Shown: piece after piece, positions 43,466 through 56,856 of the stretch
Layout: each line of letters opens with the position of its first letter
Position numbering within the stretch: the first letter of the stretch is position 1
Origin: the human T2T-CHM13v2.0 reference genome, Homo sapiens
Length of the DNA: 64,000 nt
Strand: one strand, 5' to 3'
Assembly (NCBI RefSeq): GCF_009914755.1
Contig: NC_060934.1
The notes under the pieces: model-generated
Seen by the model: the letters and a program-made list of their open reading frames with translations, nothing else
What the model was told of the DNA's origin: nothing
Database searches by the model: none
Program-made: the position numbers and the translations under genes

Positions 43466-45184
43466 ATTAGAACATGTTGTACTTTGTGACACATTGTTTT
43501 GTAATCAAAGCTAACTTCATAGCAGGAATTTCATCAATCTCCTTGAGATAACTCAAGTCCTTGGAGTGTTCTAGAACCAAATTCAGGAGGCCCAACTACA
43601 GATAAGGAAAATAGATGGTGGGAATACTCTCAGGTTTCAATTTAATTTCCTTCTGTGTCCTCTGATTACCCTTAGGAAAGGCACTAATGAGGAGTGACCA
43701 GCAGCGAAATGGTACGTGAGAGGCAGCGGAGCACTGGCCTCGATAATCACACTCAACAGGGGCCGGCAGAACTGTGCTGACCGTTCTGGGTGACTCGTCA
43801 CGAGATGCACCCAGCCCAGCCTCTTGCAGGCGGTAGAAAGTCAATAAATATTCACGAGAGGGAATGTGAACACAGGCAGACCGAAAGTAAACACAACACT
43901 CAGCGCCTGCTGTTTTATTTTTTAAAGTCTTCGGAAACCATGTTAAGTGAAACTCTTTGATGAGAGGGAATCTTACTTGGATCACTAAAGATACTTCACT
44001 GGATACTTCTGTTCTTTTAGCCCCATAATTAAAGATACATTTGACTAAGATACAAGGTATAGTAAATGTAGGCAGGTCAGAGGAAATGTTCAGCCCAAAA
44101 ATATGTCTGTGAATAATGTTCAGCCGAAATAATGTTCTGGGGAAATTATTGGCAAGGTCATGTTAAACTATTGCGTCGTTCCTTGGTGGCACCCCAGACC
44201 TAATATAACTTGACATTTGGTGAGAACACATTAGCTGGTCAGTCTTGGCAATGCTACTTCTAAGTGGTAATACCTCTCAAGAAATTTTAAGAACCGACGT
44301 ATATTTTAAAAAGACATAGTAAATGCAATTTTGACTTATACACACAACAAATTAAATAATTTATTTGACAAATGGTCTTAGGGTTTATACTCATTGTGTG
44401 GCTTGCTGGGTAGCAAAATGTTTATAGTTTAGCTTGGCATATAAATTCACATAGAAATATTAGCTATGTTTTTTGTCTAATCATCAAGTGTTATTTTCTC
44501 GGCACCTCTTAGTGATAACAATTTTGCCTAGTCCTCATTTCTTTGCAAGTTCCATGGTGAAAAAAATCCCAAATGTGCTAAAGAATCCATTGCCTGCTTA
44601 TGAAACATAAAAGCTTATGAAAACATGGCACGCACTCAAGTACACCAGTTTGTTTTTAAATATTTTAATAGTGTGCACTGCTGCGTTAGGAGCAAAATGG
44701 GTATTACGCCCAATCTTACATCTAGTGTGTACTATACTTTGATCGTTCTATCAAAAGATCAAAATTTAAATATCATGTAAATTATATTTTATACATGTTC
44801 TCCTTTGCATGAAATCAAACAGAATACTTGTTTCTTCTCTAAACACATGAGAATATAAACAAGCAACATATTTAAACTGAAGAAGCACTCACTACTTCAT
44901 TCCATTAAAGAATGCCCTCAGGTAGCGATTAAAATGAGAAATCTTTATGTTTTCTTACAATAATTCCAAATGTCTATGCTCATGGTTTCCAATTCTTAAG
45001 CATATTCTTAATATTTATTTTAAAGGTTCTTCATTTAATTATGGATGTTTTTTCATAAGAAATGCTACTTAAGCCCTTTTCTTGAAAACTGTGAGAGATT
45101 CTGTAAATCAGTAGAAATAATAGCAGAACTTGAATAACTGATATTGAATCTCTAATAGCTAAGAAAAGTTGTCATTTTCATAAC

Positions 45185-45950
<766 letters not shown>

Positions 45951-46114
45951 TGACAGGGGAAGACGAAGAGTTGTTTTCATTTAAGCATGTATATACATTG
46001 ACTCCTGAACCAAACCAGGTACAGATAAAATATTGCATTACATGGAAAGCAAATGTTTCATTTTCTGGTAGCAGTATACATAAGAAAATCAATTTTCTAC
46101 CATTGACCCGGAGA

Positions 46115-46240
46115 AATTATGGCGGCCCTCTGGCCACAACCACAGGGAGCAGCTGATTGACATGCACCACGTGAATTAGAGCCAATGAGTCAGGATCCCC
46201 AGAGGGCAATCCATACTGCCCAGCCAGTTTACATGGCAAC
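46115..46240. promoter_or_regulatory. Candidate intronic enhancer (motif cluster)
   Basis: YY1-like ATGGCGGC, RUNX AACCACA, E-boxes CAGCTG and CACGTG, CCAAT, AP-1 TGAGTCA and X-box-like GTTTACATGGCAAC within ~125 bp of non-repeat DNA. Confidence 0.4.
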
Positions 46241-47745
46241 ACGTATCCTTTTCAGACTACAGACTGACAGCAGGGACCTTTGAGCCCAGAACCCTCTTAG
46301 CAGACAGAATCCAAAACTTTGCCAGGCTCCATTTTCTAGAGTTAGCATATGACATGAACCTAAAGCTAAATTTTAAATATCAGCTGTCTACACATTCATT
46401 CACTAAGGATGAATTCCTATTTCCCCCTATTTATCTGCTCAATCAAGTAGACTTCCAGGTTCAAAATGAGGCAAAAATCCTAGGGTGCTACCCTCAGAAT
46501 TCAACTTAAAACTAAAAATAATGTACTGGAATCATATGAGAAATTTTAGAGAGAAAAATCTATAAACATTCTATACAGGTATGTTGAGAGTATTAAAAAT
46601 AAGGTTAAGACCTATGAAACAAAACAACGGGATGTTTCTTTTTCATAAGTAGAATCATTTCCTTTTGGGGCCCACATCTCAACGTTTCTGGGCACTCATC
46701 ACTATCAAGTCAAAGTGCAAAATAGCTCTTCCCAACTCATCCAGAATCTCATAAACTTTTTAAATCAGATTGAACTCGAACTAAGCAATAAGCACTAAAT
46801 AATTTTCAAGTATCCCAATGCAGTCAATGACTCTACTTCAGTAGAACCTTTTTCTGTCCTTTTATTTTTGATCATTTCTTTTTCTCCCTTATCCAATTCT
46901 CTCTCATTGTTGTAATTGCTATTCTCTCCCCATTTTCTTTCTGTCTCTTTCCTCCTTCCCTCCCAATCCCTTCAGGCCTACCAGGGCCACCCAAAGGCAT
47001 TGTTATCACTGGGGTTAAATTCCTGGCCCTGCCCTGTAAAGAATCCTGAATCCTGATGTGGTCCATAAAGCCTGATGGAAACAGGCTGCCCACTGAAACA
47101 GTTACAGGAAGAATGGTTCACTTTCCTTTAACCAAAGAACAATTATCCCGTTTATGGGTGCTTGGGGCCCTTTCCCTTCTCCTTACGCCTGCCTTTGATC
47201 TTTAACCAGTCATTTATGGCTCTCTGGAAGGGAAGCAGGAAATCATGATACTGAAACCTCATTTTTGCTTCACGCTATTCCAATAGGAAGCACGGTGTAG
47301 GAGGATCGAAGACATCAGAAAGTTTGGGGAATATCTGTGGACTTCCCCTCTCCAAGAAAGTCCTGAATTCTGTTCAATGCCCCCATTTTCTGATTTCTTG
47401 AAAAGTTTCTGGTCTACCTGTAAGCACTAAGGAGTAAGGAAAAACACATATTAAACAGTCTTCACCAGATAAAATTTTTTTTAAGTTATTTGCCAGAGAG
47501 GTATGAGTGATTCCATTTGCTTACCAAAAATATACTGTCTATGATAACATACTGTCAGTATGTAATGAAGCATGAATTAACCAAGGGCCCTCCATCTCTA
47601 GGAGACCTGAATGATGAACCTACTTCAAAAACTGTAGGGAGGATGAATCTCTGGCAACATTCCAGCCAAAAGGCCAGGGGTCCAAAGGCCCCTTTGCTGC
47701 CTCCAGACTATGCCAACCACACAGGGGAACTGGTGAGAAAACTCA

Positions 47746-48087
<342 letters not shown>

Positions 48088-48199
48088 TTAACCATCAGGG
48101 CCAAGAGCTTACAGTTGAAAGCAGTCTGGGGTAGGGGGATGTTCACAGGAGTGGAGAAACATATGCCCCTGGGCAGCAAGGTAGACATTTGGAAACACT

Positions 48200-48415
48200 A
48201 GCCAAATCAAACCACCAGTAGCCTCCAGGAGTGATCTGAGCCCCCTCCTGAGCCTGATCCTCTCAAGGCCGCAATTTCATTACCCGCCACATGGGGGTAA
48301 TAATAGTGTCCCCTAACTCGTAGGGTCGTTGTAAAGATTAAATGATCAGTATGCATAAAGTGCTTAGAACAGAGCTTGACACACGGTGAGCGCGATATAA
48401 ATGCTAGCTAATTGC
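48200..48415 (+). mobile_element. MIR
   Basis: taaagtgcttagaacagagcttgacaca 3' part. Confidence 0.7.
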
Positions 48416-49081
48416 TATTCTAGGCTAGCAGCATGCCTACACAAAAGCCTTCCAAAGAAGGCTTACCTTTTTTAATCCCCACCTACTACAGCACTAACCA
48501 GTCGGAAGTACCCGGTCTACTTCAGTCGGTCTACTACAAACGACCTACTACTAACCAGCCAGGAATACCCATGTCTTTGGTTCCATTCTCCAAACCATTC
48601 TTTGATTTCCTGTTTAAGCCCAGAATCTCTGCAGTGGTCTCAGCTAAGACCAAATGAGCAAGACTCCTTTCCATAGCAACTAGGTTCAGGTATGAAATTG
48701 CAGTATGGCAACATCCTATGATTAAAATGGAAATTGACACAGGATTAAAATGGAAATCTACCTGACATGCACTTCAGAGCCCACACGTTCTCAGTGGGGA
48801 AGTTCAGCAGCTTCTAATAAGTGTCCCTAAGGCTGTAACACTGCGAACCTCAAAAACTAACCTGATTGAAGATGCATAGACGTTACCCAACACATTAGAA
48901 AGGTATAAAAAGCAGTGATCGTCAACAAAGTACATGGCCCCAGAGTCTGTGATATAAACAGGTAACTGGCCCCTGCCACACCTGGGTGACACAGTGAGTC
49001 AGTTCTTCAAAACAGGCAGGTCCACTGGCTCTCAAGCTCTGAGGCTGTGCCACACCTGGACAGCGTGTTGACAATACTTAC

Positions 49082-49176
49082 GCATTACAATAGGGCTTCT
49101 TTTCATAGCCTTTGTAGTTGTTCATGTTGAGTGCCATCTTGCAGACCTCACAATGGAAACATCCTTTATGCCAATA
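49082..49176 (-). CDS. NEBL: NEBL/LASP2 coding exon 2 ([32 protein letters not shown]), remainder of the LIM domain
   Basis: Poly-T tract and ccag acceptor at 49177; 95 nt, in frame with exon 1; donor GC|gtaagt at 49081 (phase 2). Supplies LIM zinc ligands H26, C29, C32, C35, C53. The last ligand is in the next exon, outside the window. Confidence 0.97.
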
Positions 49177-50463
49177 CTGGAAAAAAAAAAAAAACATTTA
49201 AAAATACAGTACAATGCCAGTTCTCACCAGGATGGGCACAGAAGGAAGGCTTTTTAGTGCATCACAGTCCCTGTAGCTGAAAATATTACAACAAAAAGAG
49301 TGTAGGGAACTGGGGATGTGTTTACCTACTTTCAGCTAAGTAAATAAAGCAGGCAGCTCTGAAAATGGAGTCTTAAAGGAAAACCCACCGCAATACACAG
49401 ACGCACCATGGACGAACTGTCAAGGTTCTGTCGAAACAGCACTTCTTTGAGCAGCCAGAAACGATTTCTGAGCTCGGTTAATGAAGAAACGGGGCCCAGA
49501 GAGTGGCTTCGAAACCAAAAGGAATCCAGTTCAAAGTGTCTAAATGCAGGGTTTGTAGGATCTCAATAAATATGTGTTCACCCGAAGTCAGGCAAGCTGA
49601 GGGGGCTGCACGAGAGCTATGTAAGTACCCCTACACCTGACCAGCTTCCACTAAAATGCTGGACCTCGGACTCTGCCCGGGATGACTGTCAGGATGGCAG
49701 CTTGTTCTAAGGAAGCATTTGTATCTTCAGACGCAAATTTCCCCAGAACGCCCCTGGCTGGTTTCAACTGTCAGTCACTCCGGATCGCTCCTGGGTGTCT
49801 CTCTCCCGGGCTGTTCATCTCCGTCCCTGCCCGGGAAGGGCAGGGGGCAGGGCTGGAGGGGCCCGGCTACAGAACTACTTCCCCTGGAATTCCCCACCCG
49901 GTGGATTAGACACCCGTGGGTCCGGCTTGCCGCGCTGAGCCGGAGCTCTCCAGCAGGGATTATTCTTAGCAATGCGGCAGCGGCCGCCCCATGACATATT
50001 AATTACTATTTGCCTCTCCCCCTCGCCGCGGTCACAGGAGGCGCTGCGGGTGGGCGGTGAGGTGGGATCGCGGGCGGATCTGTGGGGCGGGGGGCGGGGG
50101 TATTGTGGAACACGAGTGGAGGTGGAGGGGGCGCGGCTCGCCGAAGTGCCCCCCTGGGTGCCCAGCCTGGTCCCTCCGGGGTCCGGGGCTGCGCACCGCC
50201 GTGCGCCCTCCGCAGAGGCTCTGCCGATGTCGCACCGCCCCGCACCGCGACAAAAGCCCTTCCCGGTTCCAACATCACAATCGCCAAGCGTGGTCTCTGA
50301 CACTCCCGCTGGCGTCTTCGTTCGCGCGCCCTCCCCCCGTGCCAAGGCACACGCACACGCACCGACCCACTCATTGCTTTCCATCCCAGGTGCCAAAACT
50401 TCTCGAAGCAGGTGCAGCCCCTCGCCCGGCAGGTCCAGGCTGGCCCGGCGCCCCCTCGCTCAC

Positions 50464-50532
50464 CTTATCCAGGCAGTTGACTTTCTCGGTGGGATACACG
50501 ACTTTTCCGCAACGGGCGCACTGGGGGTTCAT
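50464..50532 (-). CDS. NEBL: NEBL LIM-nebulette (LASP2) isoform, coding exon 1 ([23 protein letters not shown])
   Basis: ATG at 50532-50530 with A at -3; 23 codons; donor AAG|gtgagc at 50463. The peptide is a LASP-family LIM N-terminus. Residues Q4 and V11 match LASP2/NEBL as I recall it, rather than LASP1 (N4, I11). Confidence 0.97.
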
Positions 50533-50594
50533 GATCGCGGTTCCCGGGGGCGGCGGCGGCGGCGGCTGCTGGCTCCCAGGAGCCGCTGTGACAT
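50529..50594 (-). other. Upstream ORF ([21 protein letters not shown]) in the LASP2 5' UTR
   Basis: ATG at 50594-50592, 21 codons, TGA at 50531-50529 overlapping the main ATG. Translation is not demonstrated. Confidence 0.6.
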
Positions 50595-50689
50595 CCCCCG
50601 GCGAGCCCCGCACCGCCTCCTGGCAGGCGGGAGGGCTGCGGGCGGCGGGCGCCGGGTAGGGAGTCGGCGCCGGGCCACGGGTGAGTGCA

Positions 50690-51620
50690 CGGGGAGGGCG
50701 ACGGGGCCTGGCGCCTGGGGCCGGCCGCGCTCTCGGGCTCGCAGGCGCTGGGTCTCGGCTCCGGCTCCGGCTCCGCGCCGCTGGCTCTGCGTCGCTCGCA
50801 CTCCAGGTACGGGTGACTCACACAGTCACTCGCGCCCGCCCCTCGCGCTCACTCGCTCCCCCGCCTCGCCGCCGCCGCCGCGCAGGCCAAACCCACCGGC
50901 GCGCCCGGACCGAAGTGGCAGGGAACGTGCACGTCGGGCACCCTGGGAGGGAGGGCGCAGCGGGGGAGGGGGCGGGCAGAGACCCGGAAAGCTCCGCAGA
51001 CCGCCGTGGGTGCGACTGTGCGGCCTGGGGAGTGAGCCTCGCGCCACCGCCGCTGCAGGCCGGGGAGCCCAGGTGGGCGGCGGCTGGGGAGGGAGGGATC
51101 CAGGCGGGGGAGGTGACAAACACCGGTGGGGAGAGTGCTCAAACCCGCGTACTCCCTTCCCTCCCTCTTCTCTTCCCCAGCCGGGGGCACCCTCATCCCA
51201 GGCTGACTGACGTCCCTGGCACCCAAATGTCGCGGGGAGTGCGGGGCCAGGGTGCGCCCTCCCTCCTCCTCCAGCCAGTGAAACCCGGGACAGCGGCACC
51301 CAGCCCCAGGGCGGAGGCCGTCTCTGCTGCGCGCAGCGACGCACCCAGGCCCAAGGGCCGGGAGATCCGCGGGGAACCCGGAGACCTGCGTCCCAGAGGG
51401 GCCGAGGGTTGCACCGCGCCCGCTCCCACGGGCCTCTTCCGAGAGGACGCTTCTCCCTCGTGTCCGCGGGAAGTCCTCGGATCCTGGATGAGAAAGAGCC
51501 TTCTCTCACCGGCTCCCAGACCCCGCGCTTTTTAATACCTGTCCTTGCAGAGCGACTGGTCATTTTAGGCCCGAGTCGAGCCTCTCTTGATTAATAAATG
51601 AATATGGCTCGTTTTGTTTT
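50690..51620 (+). ncRNA. NEBL-AS1: Divergent/antisense lncRNA (NEBL-AS1-like); boundaries approximate
   Basis: Plus-strand donor CAG|gtacgg at 50807; pyrimidine-rich acceptors ending at 51180 or 51201; AATAAA at 51593-51598 followed by a GT/T-rich element. Name from recall of the locus. Confidence 0.6.
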
Positions 51621-51829
51621 AAGTGTGCGTGGATGTATACGTTGTATTGTTTTGCAATTCAACACCGCAAAGATCTGGGAAAAGTTCTTCACCTGCATTA
51701 AGGAAAGCAATTACAAACTCGTAGTCCAAACCAGAAGAGCCAGAAAATCAAGTAGAAGGCTCAGGGTAGGATGAAACCAAAGGGAACAGGAATCGTTTCT
51801 TCCTTTTAATAAGATGTCAGGTTATTGGA

Positions 51830-52090
51830 CTCACTTGATGAGAGGCAGCAAAATGAATCGAACACAGCCTGGGTTCAAAGCCTGACCCCGCCATCTAATG
51901 ATGTGACCTTCTGCAAATTCTTAGTCGCTCTATGCCTCAATTCTTTAATCTACAAAATGGGAATAAGGACGCAGCTACCGAACAGCTTCTACTCTCCTGC
52001 TGTGAGGATTAAATGAGTCAGCAGTTCCGAACTGCTTCAATCGGCCTGGCTCAAGGGAAGCTCCACGGAAGAGTCAGCTAGGATTATTAT
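51830..52090 (+). mobile_element. MIR
   Basis: cctgggttcaaagcctg...aaaatgggaataa...tgtgaggattaaatga. Confidence 0.7.
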
Positions 52091-52691
52091 AAATTGGTTA
52101 TAACAAAGAAGCGAACACATTCCGTTGCTAGCGCACAGATTAAGACTCAATAATGCCACATACCAACTGCCACTGCTCTGACAAATATTTCTGTCATTTC
52201 AAAAAAATATCATGGCTGCAGCTTTTCATGACAAAAGAAAACCATTGGTTTCTGGGCCTCTTAAACAGCTGCACTGATGGACATATTCATAATAATGCTG
52301 TACTGTTTGACTTTCCAGAAGATGTAACTTCTTTAAAGGATTCACCAAATTCAACAGCCCCTGAGCCACTCACTCACTGCCATGTTCACAAGTCCACCTC
52401 AAAAGCAAATAAAATGAGAATTTGCTGTCAGAGAGGATCAGCTGTCTTTTAAAAATATTTCAGAGCTCATTAGAAATGTATGAGGAGGGGAAAAAAAGTA
52501 TGTGATCGCCTGAAAGGCAGTAGTTTTTTTTTAAACATTTACATTTTCATAACTGTAGATCATGAAATATAGTTTGAATATCTTATTCTCTTTTTCAAAT
52601 TGTAAGCACAAAATTCAGAGCAAGAATGTTGGTGATATGTGACATTATAGCTGATTACATCTAACCTTTGAACTTTAAGTTATGTTTAATC

Positions 52692-52999
52692 TTTTTTTTT
52701 TTTTCTGAGACAGGGTCTAACTCTGTCACCCAGGCTGGAGTGCTGTGGCACAGTCATGACTCACTGCCTCAGTGAGTGGCAGCCTCGACCTCCCAGGCTC
52801 AGGTGATCCTCCCGTCTCAGTCTCCTGAGTACCTGCGACCACAGGCATATGCCACTATGCCCTGCTAATTTTTGTATTTTTTGTAGAGATGGGATCTTGC
52901 GGTGTTGCCCATGCTGGTCTCAAACTCCTGGGCTCAAGCGATCCTCCCACCTCAGCCTCCCAAAGTGCTAGGATTACAGGCATGTGGCACCACACCCAG
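52692..52999 (-). mobile_element. Alu (J-like)
   Basis: Full antisense Alu. Confidence 0.93.
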
Positions 53000-53726
53000 A
53001 TACATTTTATAATTTCTTACCAAACCAGCAATGATCACAGTGCCTGACATACAGTATGAATGAAATGAACAAATACATTAAAACCATATTCATGTGATAT
53101 TTTATTCTCTGAAGAAGCGATACATGCTCAGAGTTACATTTTTCTCTCATTTTTTTCTCATTTTCTACATCAAACCAGCTTCTAAGTTTCTTAATGCCAT
53201 TTTACTGATGTAAGAAGAATTTTAATACCATCTGTCTTAAAAGGACTCCTTTATTTTCAAATTCAAAGTACTATAAACAAAGAATTGGCAGAAACCTGTC
53301 CTCTAGCCAGTCTTCTCTCTTCAATAATGATTGAATTGTCTACTGGGGAGAACTTTTGCCCTTCCATGTCTTTTTCACTCGACTGGTTAAGAAATTGTTC
53401 CTTGTGTTAACTCTACCCCAATATCTCTACTTTAATTTCAATCCTTTTCCGCTGACAGGGACACTCACAGATATACAAAACAATTGACCTTCATCACTAT
53501 CCTAAAAACACTTCTGTATTTATAAAGTTGAATTTTTTTTAGCTAAAATCCCCAAATCTCCTTACTTTTTCCTCCTATTTATGAAAGCCCTATTTATGCA
53601 AAATCAATTATAATCACCTTTATTATTCAGGCTACATAAATTGAACTCCAAATAAAAGTTTTAAAGCATAACTAATATCACAAAAGGCCAAACAATGGCT
53701 TTGACTAATACCAGTTTGGATGCAGA

Positions 53727-54135
53727 GTGTGATGGATAGTATGATTTGTTCACAATTTTTTTTTCCTTCTATTCTGGCACACTTCCTATAGGCAGTGTGC
53801 CTTTCCCCACTGAGCTTGGCCGTGTGACTTCCTTCGGCCAATGGAATGTGAGTGGACATGACATATGTCGTATCTGAGCAGAAGCTTCAAATGCGCTTGC
53901 ATAGTTTGCCCCTGTTCTCCCACCTTTTGGGCTTTGGCCCTTGGCCTTGAAAAGATCATACTGCAGGGAGGTGACTGTTTCTTTGACTTTTGTTCAAGAA
54001 TGAGACGGGCTGAATCATGCCCAACAGAGCCACAGCAAGCCCACAGCCTTCACATGACGGGAGTAAGAAATAATTGTTATAAGTCACTGAGATTTGGGGG
54101 ATTGTTTTGTTACTGCAGCAAAAGCTCACTAGTAT
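53727..54135 (+). mobile_element. MLT1 (I/J-like) LTR
   Basis: ggccaatggaatgtgagtgga and ttgttactgcagcaaaagct motifs. Confidence 0.75.
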
Positions 54136-54195
54136 GTCAATGATGAGACTTCAAGAGAAATGTTTTCCACTTCATCAACAACAAGAAACTAATGA

Positions 54196-54526
<331 letters not shown>

Positions 54527-55795
54527 TACAGTCTTTATTTTTCTAAAAGGTGAGCCGTTAGAAGTGTAGTGGCCAATAAAGTATAGAGCTCTTATTATTA
54601 ATTATTTCATCATCTCATTTTATACAGCTCAACTGCATGTTTTCCATTTGTCAGGTATTGTATAAAATTGTGTATGTTGTTCCTAGCTGACTCAAATTCA
54701 CCGTGGAGGAAAGTTTTCGCAACCAACAACTTTGGTGGCAAAAGGAAAGGAAAAAGGTCAATTTTAGCTCACAGTTTCATTTGATATCCACATATGAGCT
54801 TTAACCTAATGAAGCATTTCTCCAAAGATCTTAAGCACTGTAGAAAAATTATCTCATTTGCCATTATAATATTTCTGCAAGTCAATGAGAAATGTAAAAT
54901 ACAAACATTAGGGGAAATTCAAGATTCAGAAGCTATTACAGAAACAATTACCTTCCTTCATCCATTCAACATATAGTTATTGGTAGGCAGGATGTTAGGC
55001 ACCAGGAAATGCATTGGGGAATAAGACATGATCTCTGCTTATAATAAAATCTAGTGGGACTGATAAGTAAGCAAAGAATTATAATACAATATGATAAATG
55101 CTCTAAAATAAAACTCTACTCTAGATACCATGGAAGAACAGAGGAGAAATTTCTAATTCACACCGGGAAGTCAGGAAAAGACAGCTAGAAGAAGTCGTCA
55201 TTACTACACATCTCACCAGGAGTTGGAGCTACCATATTTCCTCTCCCACAGAAAATATAAGACCCCCTAAAGTGAAGGGTTTGGGTGTTTACTATTTTTC
55301 CTGTTTTGGGGATTATTCTGCTTTGGCATACATGCTGAAAATTTAATTACATCACTTCAATGCCCCAACATAGCACAGCACAGTGACAAACTTCAAATAA
55401 TGATGAAACATTCCTTGGTAGATGACATATCAAAATAAGTCCCAAACTTCCAATTTATCAAAAGCATCTGTAGATATCAACTCATAATTGCAAGTGTGAG
55501 CTAAAACCTTTCTAGACTCGGAAAGAGGAAAAAAGAAAGGTAGGAGGACAAGCAACCCTTGTTTTGCCCCTTCTGGGATTGAGTCTCTTGGGATAAAGGA
55601 CAAGACAGACCCTTTGTGGCAGGCAAAATAATCCACTCCCTAAAATGTCCACATTTTGATGCCCAGAACTGGTGAATATATTGCTTTACACAGGAAAAGG
55701 GACTTTGCAGATGTGATTAAGTTAAGAATGTTGAGACGAAGAGATTATCCCAGATTATCCAGGAGGATCCAGTGTAATCACAAGGGGCCTCCTAA

Positions 55796-56378
55796 TGAAA
55801 CTGTCCCTATAAACTCTATAAAATTAATCAGGGAAGAAGGGAGGGGGAGAAACAAAAATAAACCAAGCTTATAGCTCATGCAGCCTTAATCACAGGGTCA
55901 GCCTGCTCTCTGACCTGCTGCCTCATCGTTATTTGGGGCCTATTGCTTCAGAATCACATAGACCCTGTTACAAGATTATAGTTCCCCTTAACTACTCCAT
56001 AGATAACAACTTGGACATTATGAGACATCAGTTTTCCCTTTGAGATATTCTTGCAGGTCCTGCATACCACTGAGGCCAGCTGCTCTGAAGGGCCCCACAA
56101 GAAGCTGACTCACCAAAGAATGCAGCGTCCATGTCCTGATCATTTCATCCCCCTTACCCCTACCAATCAATGACCCCCCGCTCCAGCCCCTCACGCTCCA
56201 TCATCCCCTTAAGAACTCCAGCCCAAAACTCCTTGAGGAGATAGATTTGAGGATCTCCTCCCACCTCCTCACTCGGTGCTCTGCGATCATTAAAGTTTCT
56301 CTGCTGCAAACCCTACTGTTTCAGTGTATTGGACCATTACTGTGCAGTGAGGCATTTGCATCTGTTGGTCCTATAACA
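55796..56378 (+). mobile_element. ERV1 solo LTR (LTR26/LTR8-group-like)
   Basis: tgaaac...taaca ends; 4-bp TSD ctaa; ATTAAA poly(A) signal. Confidence 0.82.
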
Positions 56379-56553
56379 CTAAGAGGGAGGCAAGAAAATC
56401 AGAGTCAGGGAAAGAGATGTGACAAAAAAAAAAAGCAGAGATCAGAGAAAGAGATTTGAAGATGCTACACTGCTGGCCTTGAAGACGGAGGAAGGGGAAG
56501 GGACCACAAGACAAGGAATGTGGGTAGCATCTAGAAACTAGAAATGGCAAGGA

Positions 56554-56856
56554 GGCTGGGAGGGATGGCTCACACCTGTAATTGCAGCACTTTGGGAGGC
56601 CAAGGCAGGCAGATCACTTAAGGTCAGGAGTTGAGACCAGCCTGGCCAACATGATGAAACCCCATCTTTACTAAAAATACAAAAATTAGCTGGGTGTGGT
56701 GGTATGCACTTGTAATCCTAGATACTCAGGAAGCTGAGGAAGGAGAATTACTTGAACCTGGGAGGTGGAGGTTGCAGTGAGCTGAGATTGTGCCACTGTA
56801 CTTCAGACTGGGTAACAGAGTGAGACTCGGTCTCAGAAAAAAAAAAAGAAAAAAGA
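56554..56856 (+). mobile_element. Alu (S-like)
   Basis: TSD agaaa(t/a)ggcaagga. Confidence 0.95.

Larger units (their letters stand above)
49900..51530. promoter_or_regulatory. CpG island / bidirectional promoter of LASP2-NEBL and its antisense RNA
   Basis: Very GC- and CpG-rich against a CpG-depleted background; GC boxes; AP-1 TGACTCA at 50814-50820; surrounds coding exon 1. Confidence 0.93.

Noticed and set aside
48720-48757. Short direct repeats (gattaaaatggaaat x2; similar pairs near 32341, 40882 and 44085)
   Set aside because: Ordinary two-copy microduplications, not a CRISPR-like repeat-spacer array.
50371-50613. 80-aa ORF containing MNPQCARC...
   Set aside because: The track uses a non-ATG start and reads through the donor at 50463. 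The real coding part is 50464-50532.
49972-51210. 412-aa plus-strand ORF and the other long overlapping ORFs in the CpG island
   Set aside because: Stop codons are scarce in very GC-rich DNA. The translations are low-complexity R/P/G/A, open in several frames, with no domain.
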